A stretch of DNA of 64,000 nt from Octopus vulgaris (Eukaryota). A model generated the notes under the pieces. The model saw nothing but the letters and a program-made list of their open reading frames with translations, did not search any database and was not told the origin of the DNA. The position numbers and the translations under genes are program-made. Shown piece after piece: positions 17,574-28,954 of this stretch (position 1 is its first letter; every line of letters begins with the position of its first letter). The DNA is taken from assembly GCA_951406725.2 (NCBI GenBank), contig OX597830.1, positions 63,984,001-64,048,000 of the forward strand, read 5' to 3'.

Positions 17574-17594
17574 GTATATATATATGTATGTATG

Positions 17595-17627
<33 letters not shown>

Positions 17628-17662
17628 GTATATATATATATGCATATATATATATGTATGTA

Positions 17663-17759
<97 letters not shown>

Positions 17760-17764
17760 GTATG

Positions 17765-17809
<45 letters not shown>

Positions 17810-17820
17810 ATATATATATA

Positions 17821-18209
17821 TCTTTATATATAAAAGTGAAGTTGTGTGTCTGTCTCCTACGATTTAGATTCCTAACTACTCCCACATTTTGCGGTGCAGT
17901 TTAACCAAAAACCGGGTACCTTATAGTCGTGATTCATATCGAGCCCTTCTGGGTATTAGCGCGCGTCTACGATGAGTCTACGATTTTAAAAATAATTTAC
18001 CATCATTTTTTTCCGTTTTAATGCATTTTTTCGCTATTATATAAGGGAAGTAACTCTCTAAAAATGTCTACGATGAGTCAACGATTTAAAAAAAAATTTA
18101 CCATCATTTTTTTTCCATTTTTTTTGCTATTTTTTCGCTATAACTCTCTAAAAATGCTTATATAGTTATTTCCCTTACAAACCCGAGCAACGCCGGGCGA
18201 TACTGCTAG
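17821..18209 (+). mobile_element. Non-autonomous Helitron; related copies at 62496-62896 (+) and about 24614-25010 (+, shared ends only)
   Basis: A|TCtttatatataaaa 5' end, 3' hairpin cccg..cggg then CTAG|T, no TSD, inserted in (AT)n. Confidence 0.8.
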
Positions 18210-18539
18210 TATATATATATATTGATATTTTTATATATATTGATATGTTTTATGCCCTCGGCTTTGTGAGTGGATTTCGTACTCGGGAACTGAAAGAAGA
18301 CTGTCGTATATATGTGTATATTTATGTGTATGTGTGTGTGTGTCTGTGCCCTACCATTGCTTGATAATCGATGTTCTTGTGTTTACGTTTCCATAACTTA
18401 GCGGTTCGGCAAAAGACACTGATAAAATAAGTATTAGGTTTACAAAGAAGAAATCCTGAGGTCTATTTGTTTGACCAACACGATGCTCCAACATGGCCGC
18501 AGTCACATGACTGACACAAATAAAACAATACTTTTTGTT

Positions 18540-18662
18540 CCTTACGGCCGTTTCTGCCAAGAGGCCACGATATCCTCCATGCTAGCTCCATCTCTTCAGC
18601 GTTTTGTAGGGATGGGTAGATAGAGTTTGGATGTTGAGCGAGCCTCTAGGCTTCATCAGAGG
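18540..18662 (-). ncRNA. Hammerhead-like motif with long stem II insert
   Basis: Reverse complement: cct-CTGATGA-agcc..(~95 nt)..ggca-GAAA-cggcc-GTA-agg; perfect palindromic stem III ACGGCCGT; stem I only 3 bp. Confidence 0.5.
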
Positions 18663-19319
18663 TTCTAAATCGTTAGGAGAGCCGTTACATACAAGAATCA
18701 GGCTTTTTTTAAAATAAAGGACAAGAGTAAGTTTACAGCTCATGGCTAGGTATGGTCATAAATATTATCATATGTATCCCCTTTCCTCGGGGAGGAAATT
18801 AGACAGTAGGGATAATCAGTTGGATATCAGTAACTGTCTATAAAAAGAGGCAGGGTAGGGGGAGACTTTAAATCGTGATATTAATTGCCAGTTAAAGGGG
18901 CAAGATGCTAAGAAATCTAAGATGTTAACACAGAGGAAATTTTATTTAGGGGCATTGTGGGTAATTCTTTATAAACAATATTATGTTGTATAAAAATAAA
19001 ATTTAAGAATTTCAAAAATGATATAGGTAAAAGGTGTGTATATATCAATTATAAACATCAAAAGCATGACTACATAGAATCATTTTAATAGTCATTCATG
19101 TACTTGTGGTTTCTATAAAGACTGCTCAGGGAATTTAATTACGGAATAACTGGAAAGATATACATGTTATCTATTAATTTTAAGCCATGAATCAGAAAAA
19201 AATGAAGATGCATACAGCTACACACACATTTATATATGTGCATATATGTAGATATACAATTACACAAATACTTATACGTTTATATGGTTATAGTATATAT
19301 GTATGCATATTAGATAACG

Positions 19320-19920
19320 CCGGTTTAGGGAATTACACTGTGTTTCATGTCCATAAAGCGTTCCGTTTTAAGACGTATCATCAGATCCCAAGCCTGTTGG
19401 CTTATGGTCTCTTCAGCGAGCGTCTTCTCTAGAAAATGGAGGAGGAAAAGACCGTGCTATTCAATGTAGCGACAAGGGATTGTCTCTCTTTGGCTATCGA
19501 TCGTAAACGACCATTATCATGTGAGTTCCAATAGGCCAGCAAGAATTTCCTGAAATGCAAACACAGTCTGAATGCCTCCGTTCTGGTGTTAAGGATGTTC
19601 CCCGATTCGAGTGAGTCCTTTAGTATCCTCACCCGTTCCGTTATACACAATTTACCACGCTTGGCCCCATTTATGTAGGGGCCTGGATTTCTTCAGGATT
19701 CTCCATGATATTGTATGTGGAGTCACGTCGTCCTTCAGCTGCCAGATATGACTGGCTAATGACGTAACGTATCTCCTTTCCGGTAACCTGAAGGAGGATC
19801 TGTGGTTGGAGAGGCGTTGCTTGAATGTGTTACTGGAGCAACTGATGTGTCTCGGCGCTCGGGTGTTGGCGGTGCTGTATCTGTTCGCTTTCGCGTTGCT
19901 GCTAGCGTTGTTGTTGGTGT
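19320..19920 (-). mobile_element. Penelope-like retroelement 3' end: GIY-YIG endonuclease C-terminal half plus 3' pLTR with hammerhead motif
   Basis: Minus-strand translation with one frameshift: FKQRLSNHRSSFR..TSLASHIWQLKD..ISWRILKKSRPY..KLCITERVRI..NILNTRTEAFRLCLHFRKFLL, the typical PLE endonuclease tail; hammerhead at 19328-19389. Confidence 0.82.
19328..19389 (-). ncRNA. Type I hammerhead ribozyme-like motif
   Basis: Reverse complement: gggat-CTGATGA-t-acgtc..gacat-GAAA-cac-a-gt-GTA-attcc; stem I 5 bp, palindromic stem III ACAC/GTGT, GUA site. Confidence 0.75.
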
Positions 19921-19925
19921 TAATG

Positions 19926-20028
19926 TGTTGAATACACGGGTTCTCGTCCGATCACCGAAGTCAAGCAACATCGAGCCTAGTGAGTACTTTGATGGGTGAC
20001 CGCTTGGGAAACCTAGGTGCTGTAAGCA
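19926..20028 (+). pseudogene. 5S rRNA copy, 5'-truncated (about 16 nt missing)
   Basis: tgttgaatacacgggttctcgtccgatcaccgaagtcaagcaacatcgagcctagtgagtactttgatgggtgaccgcttgggaaacctaggtgctgtaagc matches metazoan 5S including boxes A and C; helix CCTAG/CTAGG still pairs. Confidence 0.9.
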
Positions 20029-20302
20029 TCGCACATACACACTCACGGATAGGAAAGTCTTCTTTTTTCTGTCGAGGGCTTATAGGCCCCTTCATTAGAC
20101 TATTTTCCTTAGTCATTGCACGGTGACCGCCATAAGCTTTAAGCTTATTTATAAATTATTATTTACATGATTGTAAAAGCGGCGCCGTATAAAAAACCAT
20201 TCGCACCGAAAGCATATGTGTATGTATGTATGTATGTATGTATGTATGTATGTATGTATGTATGTATGTATGTATGTATGTATGTATGTATGTATGTATG
20301 TA

Positions 20303-20337
<35 letters not shown>

Positions 20338-20456
20338 ATGTATGTATGTATGTATGTATGTATGTATGTATGTATGTATGTATGCATGCATGCATGTATG
20401 TATGTATGTATGTATGTATGTGTGTGTATGTATGTATGTATGTATGTATGTATGTA

Positions 20457-20487
<31 letters not shown>

Positions 20488-23401
20488 ATGTATGTATGTA
20501 TGTATGCATGTATGTATGTATGTATGTGTGTATGTGTGTATGTATGTATGTATGTATGTGTGTATGTATGTATGTATGCACGTATGTATGTATGTATGTA
20601 TGTATGTATGTATGTATGTATGTGTGTATGTGTGTATGTATGTATGTATGTGTGTATGTATGTATGTATGTACGTATGTATGTATGTATGTATGTGTGTA
20701 TGTATGTATGTATGTATGTATGCATGTAGGTATGTATGGGCGTTTTTCAGTTTCCACCTACGAAGTCCACTCACAAGGTTTTAGTCGGCCAAAGGCTATG
20801 GTAGAAGGCACTAGTCCAATGTGCCATGCAGTAGGACTGAACCCGAAACCATGTGGTTTAGAAACATGCATCTTATCATAATCCCTGTGACCTCCAGACA
20901 GTTTTCTGTTAGTCAATAACTGATATTTAAAAATCGAAGTTCCAAGTTGTGTAACTTTTCTGGTATACTCTTATTCTTTTACTTGTTTCAGTCATTTGAC
21001 TGCGGCCATGCTGGAGCACCGCCTTTAGTCGAGCAAATCAACCCCAGGACTTATTCATTGTAAGCCTAGTACTTATTCTATCGGGCTCCTTTTACCGAAC
21101 CGCTAAGTTACGGGGGACGTAAACACATCAGCATCGGTTGTCAAGCGATGTTGGGGGACAAACACAGACACGCAAACATATACATATATACGACGGGCTT
21201 CTTTCAGTTTCCGTCTACCAAATCCACTCAAAAGGCTTTGGTCGGCCTGAGGCCATAGTGGAAGGCACTTGCCCAAGGTGCCACGCAGTGGGACTGAACC
21301 CGGAACAATGTGGCTCGTAAGCAAGCAACTTACCACACAGCCACTCCTAGTCTAATTTTCCTTTATATCTTTTAATTGTCTAAAAGCATTCATTCATTCC
21401 ATTAGTAAACTTAGAGTAATACCAAGCTCTTAAAGACGCCGTTAAAATTCATGAGAGAATTATATATTATGTTGGCTTAACTTAGCCATGCTAATTTCTC
21501 TCTTTTAAACAACCGTTTGAGCTTGTTTAAAAGAAAGAAATTAACACGGCCATTCTGTACGTGGTTCCTTAAGCTAGAAATAGCAGGGTTCACGTGGGTA
21601 TATTCTAAGGCCTAAGGCATACTAAATGGCTTTACCAACAAATTCACCTCTGATAAGGTTTCTTTTTTTTTTTTAAACTAAAACTTCTCCCTAAAATTTC
21701 GAAATGATTTTTTCTCTCGGTATAATTGCAATCTATCTCATCTAAACATGAAAGTTATGGGGAAACAAATTCGAGGCATGTGAATTACCCGAAATGCCTC
21801 TTCCCTACCCCGAAAATTTTTTTCACCACAAATTTTGATACAGTTGCAATTTGAAAGCTATTTATAGAAAATTTCATTAAAAAAAAAATCCATTTGTTAG
21901 AAAGGTAAGAGGTAACAAATTCGGCGGAGAAAATACTTTAGTTGAAAGAAAGTGAATAAAGTTTCTATTTGGTACAATCAATTGACGTCAGTAAATTAAA
22001 ACCATTCTTTTCTTCTTCAGCTTTCTATTTCTTTAAAAACACCCAACAAATACGAGATGATACTGGAATCAACATAATTTGGCTGGCACTTGATTAAACT
22101 CATAATTTGGAGAGATGTATTTACTGATATCTGGACAAAATAACATCATTAAGTGTAAGAGAAAGAAAGGGAAAAAGAGAGAGAAGATAAAGAGGGAACA
22201 CTATCTCGCAGTGAATTAAAATTAGATTTTTTGCTGTTGAAATCATCAATAATAAAGGACATTTGAAAACTACATTTTGATTTTTTTTAAATATTAAAAT
22301 TGGAATTTGTAAGAATTTTCTAGACAGCATAGATTTTAATAATTCCTTTCTTTTACTAAAAGTTACATGTCCCAAACAAATTCGTAAGCATCTTTATTAT
22401 GGTATAGATATAAATATCTTACTATTCTAGCAGGTAAGAAAAAAATTTCTAAAGTGGATTGAGATAATCCGAAGTATTGTATTGGCTTAATTACAAGCCT
22501 TAGACTTTTCTCTATTTGTGTTATCTTTTAACCCAATATTCTACACACAATTATTTATAGCTTTTTCTACTTCGAGTCCCAACGTTAAAAATATTATCTC
22601 TTTTACTCTTTTACTTGTTTCAGTCATTTGACTGCGGCCATGCTGTAGCACCGCCTTCAGTCGAGCAAATCGACCCCGGGACTTATTCTTTGTAAGCCCA
22701 GTACTTATTTTATCGGTCTCTTTTGCCGAACCGCTAAGTGACGGGGACGTAAACACACCAGCATCAGTTGTCAAGCAATGCTAGGGGGACAAACACAGAC
22801 ACACTTACATATATATACATATATACGACAGGCTTCTTTCAGTTTCCGTCTACCAAATCCACTCACAAGGCATTGGTCGGCCCGGGGCTATAGCAGAAGA
22901 CACTTGCCCAAGATGCCACGCAGTGGGACTGAACCCGGAACCATGTGGTTGGTTAGCAAGCTACTTACCACACAGCCACTCCTGCGCCTACCTCATATCT
23001 TTCGAAATTTCTAAATTCTTGTGATGTATATAGAGTTCTTGCTGGCGAGAAGAAAGCTTCTAAAAGGACAGAGAAAAACTTAGTGTTACTTTGAGAAAAC
23101 TGATTAGTACGTCTATTTAATTTACAGAATGTAGATTCAAGTCCTAGTGGCAACTTTCGGTTATTTTTCATCCAAGGGTTATTGTTATTTTAAACTTAAT
23201 ATTCTACACGATATCATTTATAACGTTATCTACAAGAACTTCAAGTCTTCTGTTGAAAAATAATTCTCCGTATTTAGTCGTACGTTTTATATTGAATTTT
23301 GACTGAAAAATTGGGGTGCGGTTTATATAAGTAGCGAAGCTTGTTCTAAAACTGCTTCATCCTGTATCTGAAAAAAATAAAAGATAAGAAATAGAAATAA
23401 A

Positions 23402-23828
23402 GGCGATCTTTCGTCTCTAGTAGACCTTTCCGTCGATTTCCGTAAAAAATTTTTTTTTTTTTACATATGGGCTTGCGGAAACTTTTGAAGTAATGAGAGC
23501 GAAAGAGACTAAGAGAAAGCGATTGTATGACGAGGGAAATTCTTTTGAAGTTACCGTGCATGGACTCTCTCAGTCTCTTCACACACACTAACAGAAGCAC
23601 TTCACTTACACAACATACTTTCTGTCTCCCACACCCCATCAAACACACACATGTACATCAATGCTCCCATGCACGGTAACTTCAAAAGAACTTCCCTCGT
23701 CATACAATCGCTTTCTCTTAGTCTCTTTCGCTCTCATTTCTTCAAAAGTTCCCGCAAGCCCAAATGTAAAAAAAAAAAAATTTTTTACGGAAATCGACGG
23801 AAAGGTCTACTAGAGACGAAAGATCGCC
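23402..23828. mobile_element. Foldback MITE with ~162-bp TIRs and 8-bp TSD
   Basis: 23402-23563 is the reverse complement of 23667-23828 with few mismatches; GAAATAAA on both flanks; TIR starts GGCG. Confidence 0.85.
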
Positions 23829-25009
23829 GAAATAAAAAAAAAAAATAAAAGATCATTAATCAACTAATTTGCCACCAGCACTGGGGTAGAAATAACAGCG
23901 ATGATTGCCTTCAAGTCATATCTTACAAGTTTTAAAAATGGAAGGACAGCGTTTTAGAACTATGTCATCTTGTAGATGAAGGAATAAGAGAGAAAAAATT
24001 AAGAGACAGAATGGTTACGAATGGAACATTGATCATAAGTCTACACGTTGACAGTTAACTGGGGGGGGGGGGCTAAATTACTCTTTATCTCGACATATAC
24101 GTAAGTTAGTTAGTTAGTTAGTTAATTTGGCTCAAAAGCAAATAGCAAGGCCATGTAGGGGGACATGGAGTTAAGTACAGGGTGGTGTTCATGTAAAGAG
24201 TTCAGGCCACTTGAGGTCCAGGCTAGAAATAATAGCTAAATCTTCTTCAAATTATACCCTATTGTTTTAAAATAGGAAATACGTGTCATTAATATTTAGT
24301 AGAAGCAACAGAGTGAATCAAGGCCCGAGAGTTTCGTGTGTGACACATATCAAACACACACGCACATGTATATGTGTGGTGCTTGTCTCTCTCCACCGCT
24401 TGACAAATGGTGTTGGCTTGTTTACGTTCCCGCAACTTAGTAGTTCGGCAAAAAGACCCGATAGAATAAGTGCCAGATTAAAAAAAAAAAAAGTACTCGG
24501 GTAGATTTGATAGACTAACCTTTAAGTATGGTGCTCTAGTGTGGCCGCAGTCCAACGATTGAAAAAAAGAGTAAAAGGTAATAGAAACAAATTCTGGAAG
24601 GAATACACACACATATATATATAAAGCTGAAGTTGTTTGTATATGGCAGGTTTGGTAGCCTTCAACTAACACTATCTCCTCCGAGACCCTGCGGCGTAAG
24701 TTTGACCAAAAATTGAGAGTATGATAGAAGAAGGCTTGCTCTTCCTTCCGTAGAAGAAAAAATTAATTCAAATCGGACCATGTTAACACCAAAAATTATT
24801 TACATCAAAAACGTGCTTTTTTTTTTCTATGAAAATCCCTATTCTTTACGATCTTTTGACTGGTGCGTCGCCATTTTTTGGTGTATTTCAACCAGAAAAA
24901 TGTTCACTTAAAGAGAATAACAAGCTACATATTGCATAATTTTTACTTTTCAAAAATTCCAATTTTAAAGGGTCGAAACAAACCCGCGCAACGCCGGGCG
25001 ATACTGCTA

Positions 25010-25061
<52 letters not shown>

Positions 25062-25345
25062 TTTACTTGTTTCAGTCATTTGACTGCGGCCATGCTGGAG
25101 CACCGCCTTTTTAATCGAGCAAATCGACCCCGGGACTTATTCTTTTGTAAACCCAGTACTTATTCTATCGGTCTCTTTTGCCGAACCGCTAAGTAACGGG
25201 GACATAAACACACCAGCATCGGTTGTCAAGCAATGCTAGAGGGATAAACACAGACACACACACATATATATATATATATATACATATATACGACGGGCTT
25301 CTTTCAGTTTCTGTCTACCAAATCCACTCACAAGGCTTTGGTCGG

Positions 25346-25402
<57 letters not shown>

Positions 25403-27562
25403 AAGATAACAAATAGATAGCTGACGTCGAGATCAGAACACAAATAAGCGAATACCGTTTTGACCGACATGTAACGGATATCGCCCATCTGTCTCACTCC
25501 TCTCTCTTTTAGGACCTGTTAATATATTAACATTTTTTCATGACGAGATTAGTTTTAGTGTTGGCGGGAAATTAGTTGATTAATAATACTGAAGGTTGTA
25601 AAAGATAACATGAAGAACATTTATAATATTTAGAGGCCCAAATATTCCAGTTTTCCGGGATTCGTCCCGGTTTTTAAACAATCACTTTGGAATCCTTAAA
25701 GTAAGCTTCGCAACTGTTAACAGTCCCACCCCCCTTTTTTAAAAATTATTGTAATTTACAATTGAAAAAAAAAAATCAGAAATATTTTCCGTTTTCTTAA
25801 AATGTAAAATATTTTTTTTTTTGCTTTCTACACATCTTGGCGAGGGTAAAGAATACGCACACCACCCGTTTTCGGCGTAACCAAAACCTTAACCCTTAAC
25901 TCCGTGTGGGCGTATTCTTTACCTTCAACCACGTCTTTTAGCTTTTAGAAAGTACAACACCGATTTTAAATTTCTCTATCGAAGTTTCGTTAAAGTATAA
26001 AATCTAACGGCTCTCATACAATATCAGTGGTTAGTTGCGTTTTGTTAATAAATTGTACTTTTAACCCATACATTTTTTTTTTTAAATAAAGGATTCAATA
26101 AAGAACACTGTCAATGTTTATTATTCTCGTAACGATGTGGTGTGTGTGTGTGTAGACACGAAGCCTGAAATTTCGGAGAAGGTTTACTTGTCGATAACAT
26201 CGACCCCAGTGCCCAGCTGGTGATTATTTCATCGATCCTGAAAGGATGAGACACAAAGTCAACTTCAGCGTTACTCGAACCCTGAATGTAAATTTTGTCC
26301 GGCAAAACCTAGCAGCATTCGAGGATTGGATCTGAGATCGCAAATGGTCGCATTTGAAAACTACCACTTGACATTGTGGTCATTGATTCTGTTAAGCGAA
26401 AACCTTTCTTGTTATCTCTTACCTATCAATTATTGATTTCTCATACATGTAAGAGGCCGTACATCTTTGGTAAGGATTTAATCGACCAAATTATTTCTAG
26501 TATCGGATTACTTTTTTTTTTATCGATCATTGTAGGACGAAGAGTTAAGTCTACTTTGAATCCAGAACGTAAAGGGCCGTGATGTTTGCCCTCCTTTTTT
26601 CTTTTGTTAAATATATTCTTGTTTATATTACAAAAACAAAAAAAACACGCACACACACACAATACATTTTTTTTCATCTGCTCTGACACTTCTAAACCAC
26701 TTTCAGTTCTTAAAAGAGGGCGATCGATAGACAAAATCGTTTAAGCATCAAGAAATACTTTGTGATAGTTTACACTGACTAGAAATAACTACCAAATAAC
26801 CACGTTATTAATAAAGGTAACCTTGTCATGACCATCTCATCTTGTTTTAATATCGAGGACAACATAATGGAATGTGCTTCTCTACTTGAAAACGTTAAGG
26901 CATAATTCAACTATTTTGCAACAGAAATTGGATATGACCCCTCAAAATTTCATTACCCTTAAATGCGGAAAGCAATTTTATGTCCCAGTCTACCTTTTGT
27001 TGAGGAATATCATATTTGAAACTATTTTTCTGTTGAGATATGTCATGCTTACTGAGGCAACGTTACTTGCAGAATATAGCTATACCAGTTCTACTTTTTG
27101 CTAGATATTTAACATTACTGAACTAACAATGAAATTTAATCCCGCTGTTAATAGGTTAAAGGAGATTTCTGGCTGTTATTTCTTGCTTACTACGTTGTGA
27201 GTTCGAATCCTACCGAAATCAGTCTTGCCTTTCATCCTTCCGGTGGTATCGATAAAATAAAATACCAGTCGACTAAACCTTCCCACGAAATCTGATCGTG
27301 TGTCTATATTAGAAATTACAATTAAATAAAAGTATTAATAATCCTTTCTACTATTGGCACAAAGCCTGAAATTTTATGGGGAGGGGTAAGTCGATTACTC
27401 CATTACTTGACTGGTACTTATATCATCAGCCCTGGAAAGATGAAAGGCCAAGTCGACCTCGGCGGAATTTGAACTCAGGACGTAAGGACGAACGCAACAC
27501 TGCTAAGCATTTTGCCCGGCGTTCTAACGCTTCTGCCAGCTCGCCGTTTTAAAAATTACAAG

Positions 27563-27601
27563 ATCCCATGACGGAAATCGAACCCGGATCGCCTGGATGA
27601 A
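27563..27601 (-). pseudogene. 3' half of a tRNA-Glu(TTC)-like sequence
   Basis: Reverse complement ttcatccaggcgatccgggttcgatttccgtcatggga gives anticodon, T-arm and acceptor 3' strand; no D-arm half. Confidence 0.5.
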
Positions 27602-27699
27602 GTAATGAGACTAAAAACAGAATTTTTCTCTTTGTTTTCACTGTATTACCATGACTTCTGCTGTAGTTGTTGTTCGAAAGTCCATACCGGATTGTCAAT

Positions 27700-27922
27700 G
27701 ACAGTCACATGATCAACTATTTCAACCAATGAAAAACAAGCTAGAGTTCACGTCATAATTTCTTGGAAAAATACGTGAAACAGTTTCACTTTAATCGAAG
27801 TTCTCGTCATTCACATAATTCTTCTTTACTCAGAATCTATCTTCTGGAGCTAGTATTTTATGTCTTATACATATTGTACTACTCATATAGATATATATAT
27901 ATACAGTTGATAAATCACCCCG
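27700..27922 (+). promoter_or_regulatory. Candidate STAT promoter plus non-coding first exon ending at donor CG|GTAAGT (27922/27923)
   Basis: Repeat-free island with GTCACATGA E-box (~27704), CCAAT (27726-30), CACGTCA CRE-like (27749-55), TTCTTGGAA GAS (27760-68) and AGTTTCACTTT IRF-type site (27782-92), followed by a consensus donor. STAT coding exon 1 has an acceptor, so it needs an upstream exon. Confidence 0.55.
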
Positions 27923-28903
27923 GTAAGTTTCTTAATTTCTCACTTAATTACCCATTTTTATACCATCTAAGAGTTTTGTTTACTTTCTTAATTACTATCA
28001 ACACGTTATTTTATATATATATAAGTATTTTTAAAATGTCACTTTTACGAATACAAACACTCGGCAGATGCGTAAAATCTTGTATAATTATAATCAAACT
28101 GCGTAATAAGTTTCGATATCAACGAATACGAAATGAAAAGTTTCATCCCTTTTTTAGACTGAAAGAACATGTAATCTCTGAGCAGACCTAAAATCTAAAA
28201 CTATCATATACGAACTATAAAATCAAATAGACAATACCAGAGATTATTTCTTAAAGATGTCCTAGCTACATACAAACTGTGAGTTCTTGCAGCCACTCGA
28301 CAACAGCGTACCTCTATGTGGCCACTCGACCTGCTAGAAATAGCAGTCAAACCATTTTCAGAAAACATCCTATATCTTTAGAAAATGAAACTTATTGGCT
28401 GATCTACTGCAATGCAGTGTCCTAAAGAGAAATTAAAATAATGATTACAAAAAAGATGGTTACAACGGAACGTCTTTGATCATAGGTCGGTTTGATTACA
28501 TCGGCCTCAGCTAAAAAACATCCAAAACAAGAAGATACAAAATGATTTTTACATTTCAAACCTGATTCAATTAATAATAATAATTACTTATCGAAACATC
28601 ACATACCCCACAACCGCAGAAAAATTAACCCCTTTCATACCAGTTGATTCCATTTGAACTTTCGTTCGATTTTTTTAAAGGCCTTTGCATCGTTTTGTGT
28701 TGAGTGTTATCTGCTCGCATCCACACCTCATCAAATGTATTTATTTTAATTGTTCATCCCTCTTAATATCCTATAATTAACTTTAAAGTAATTTACTAAT
28801 GAATGTAGATGCTTTACACGCACGTATGTATCTATCTGGCAAAGTATGTGTAATGTACATATCTATGTGAAACTATCTTTGAGTCACTTTGTAGCCTCTG
28901 ACG

Positions 28904-28954
<51 letters not shown>

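Noticed and set aside
18700-19140. Possible coding remnant between two hammerhead motifs
   Set aside because: No recognisable motif in the frames examined.
27763-28191. 142-aa ORF in the promoter island
   Set aside because: Non-ATG start, AT-rich composition, spans a consensus splice donor; no domain.
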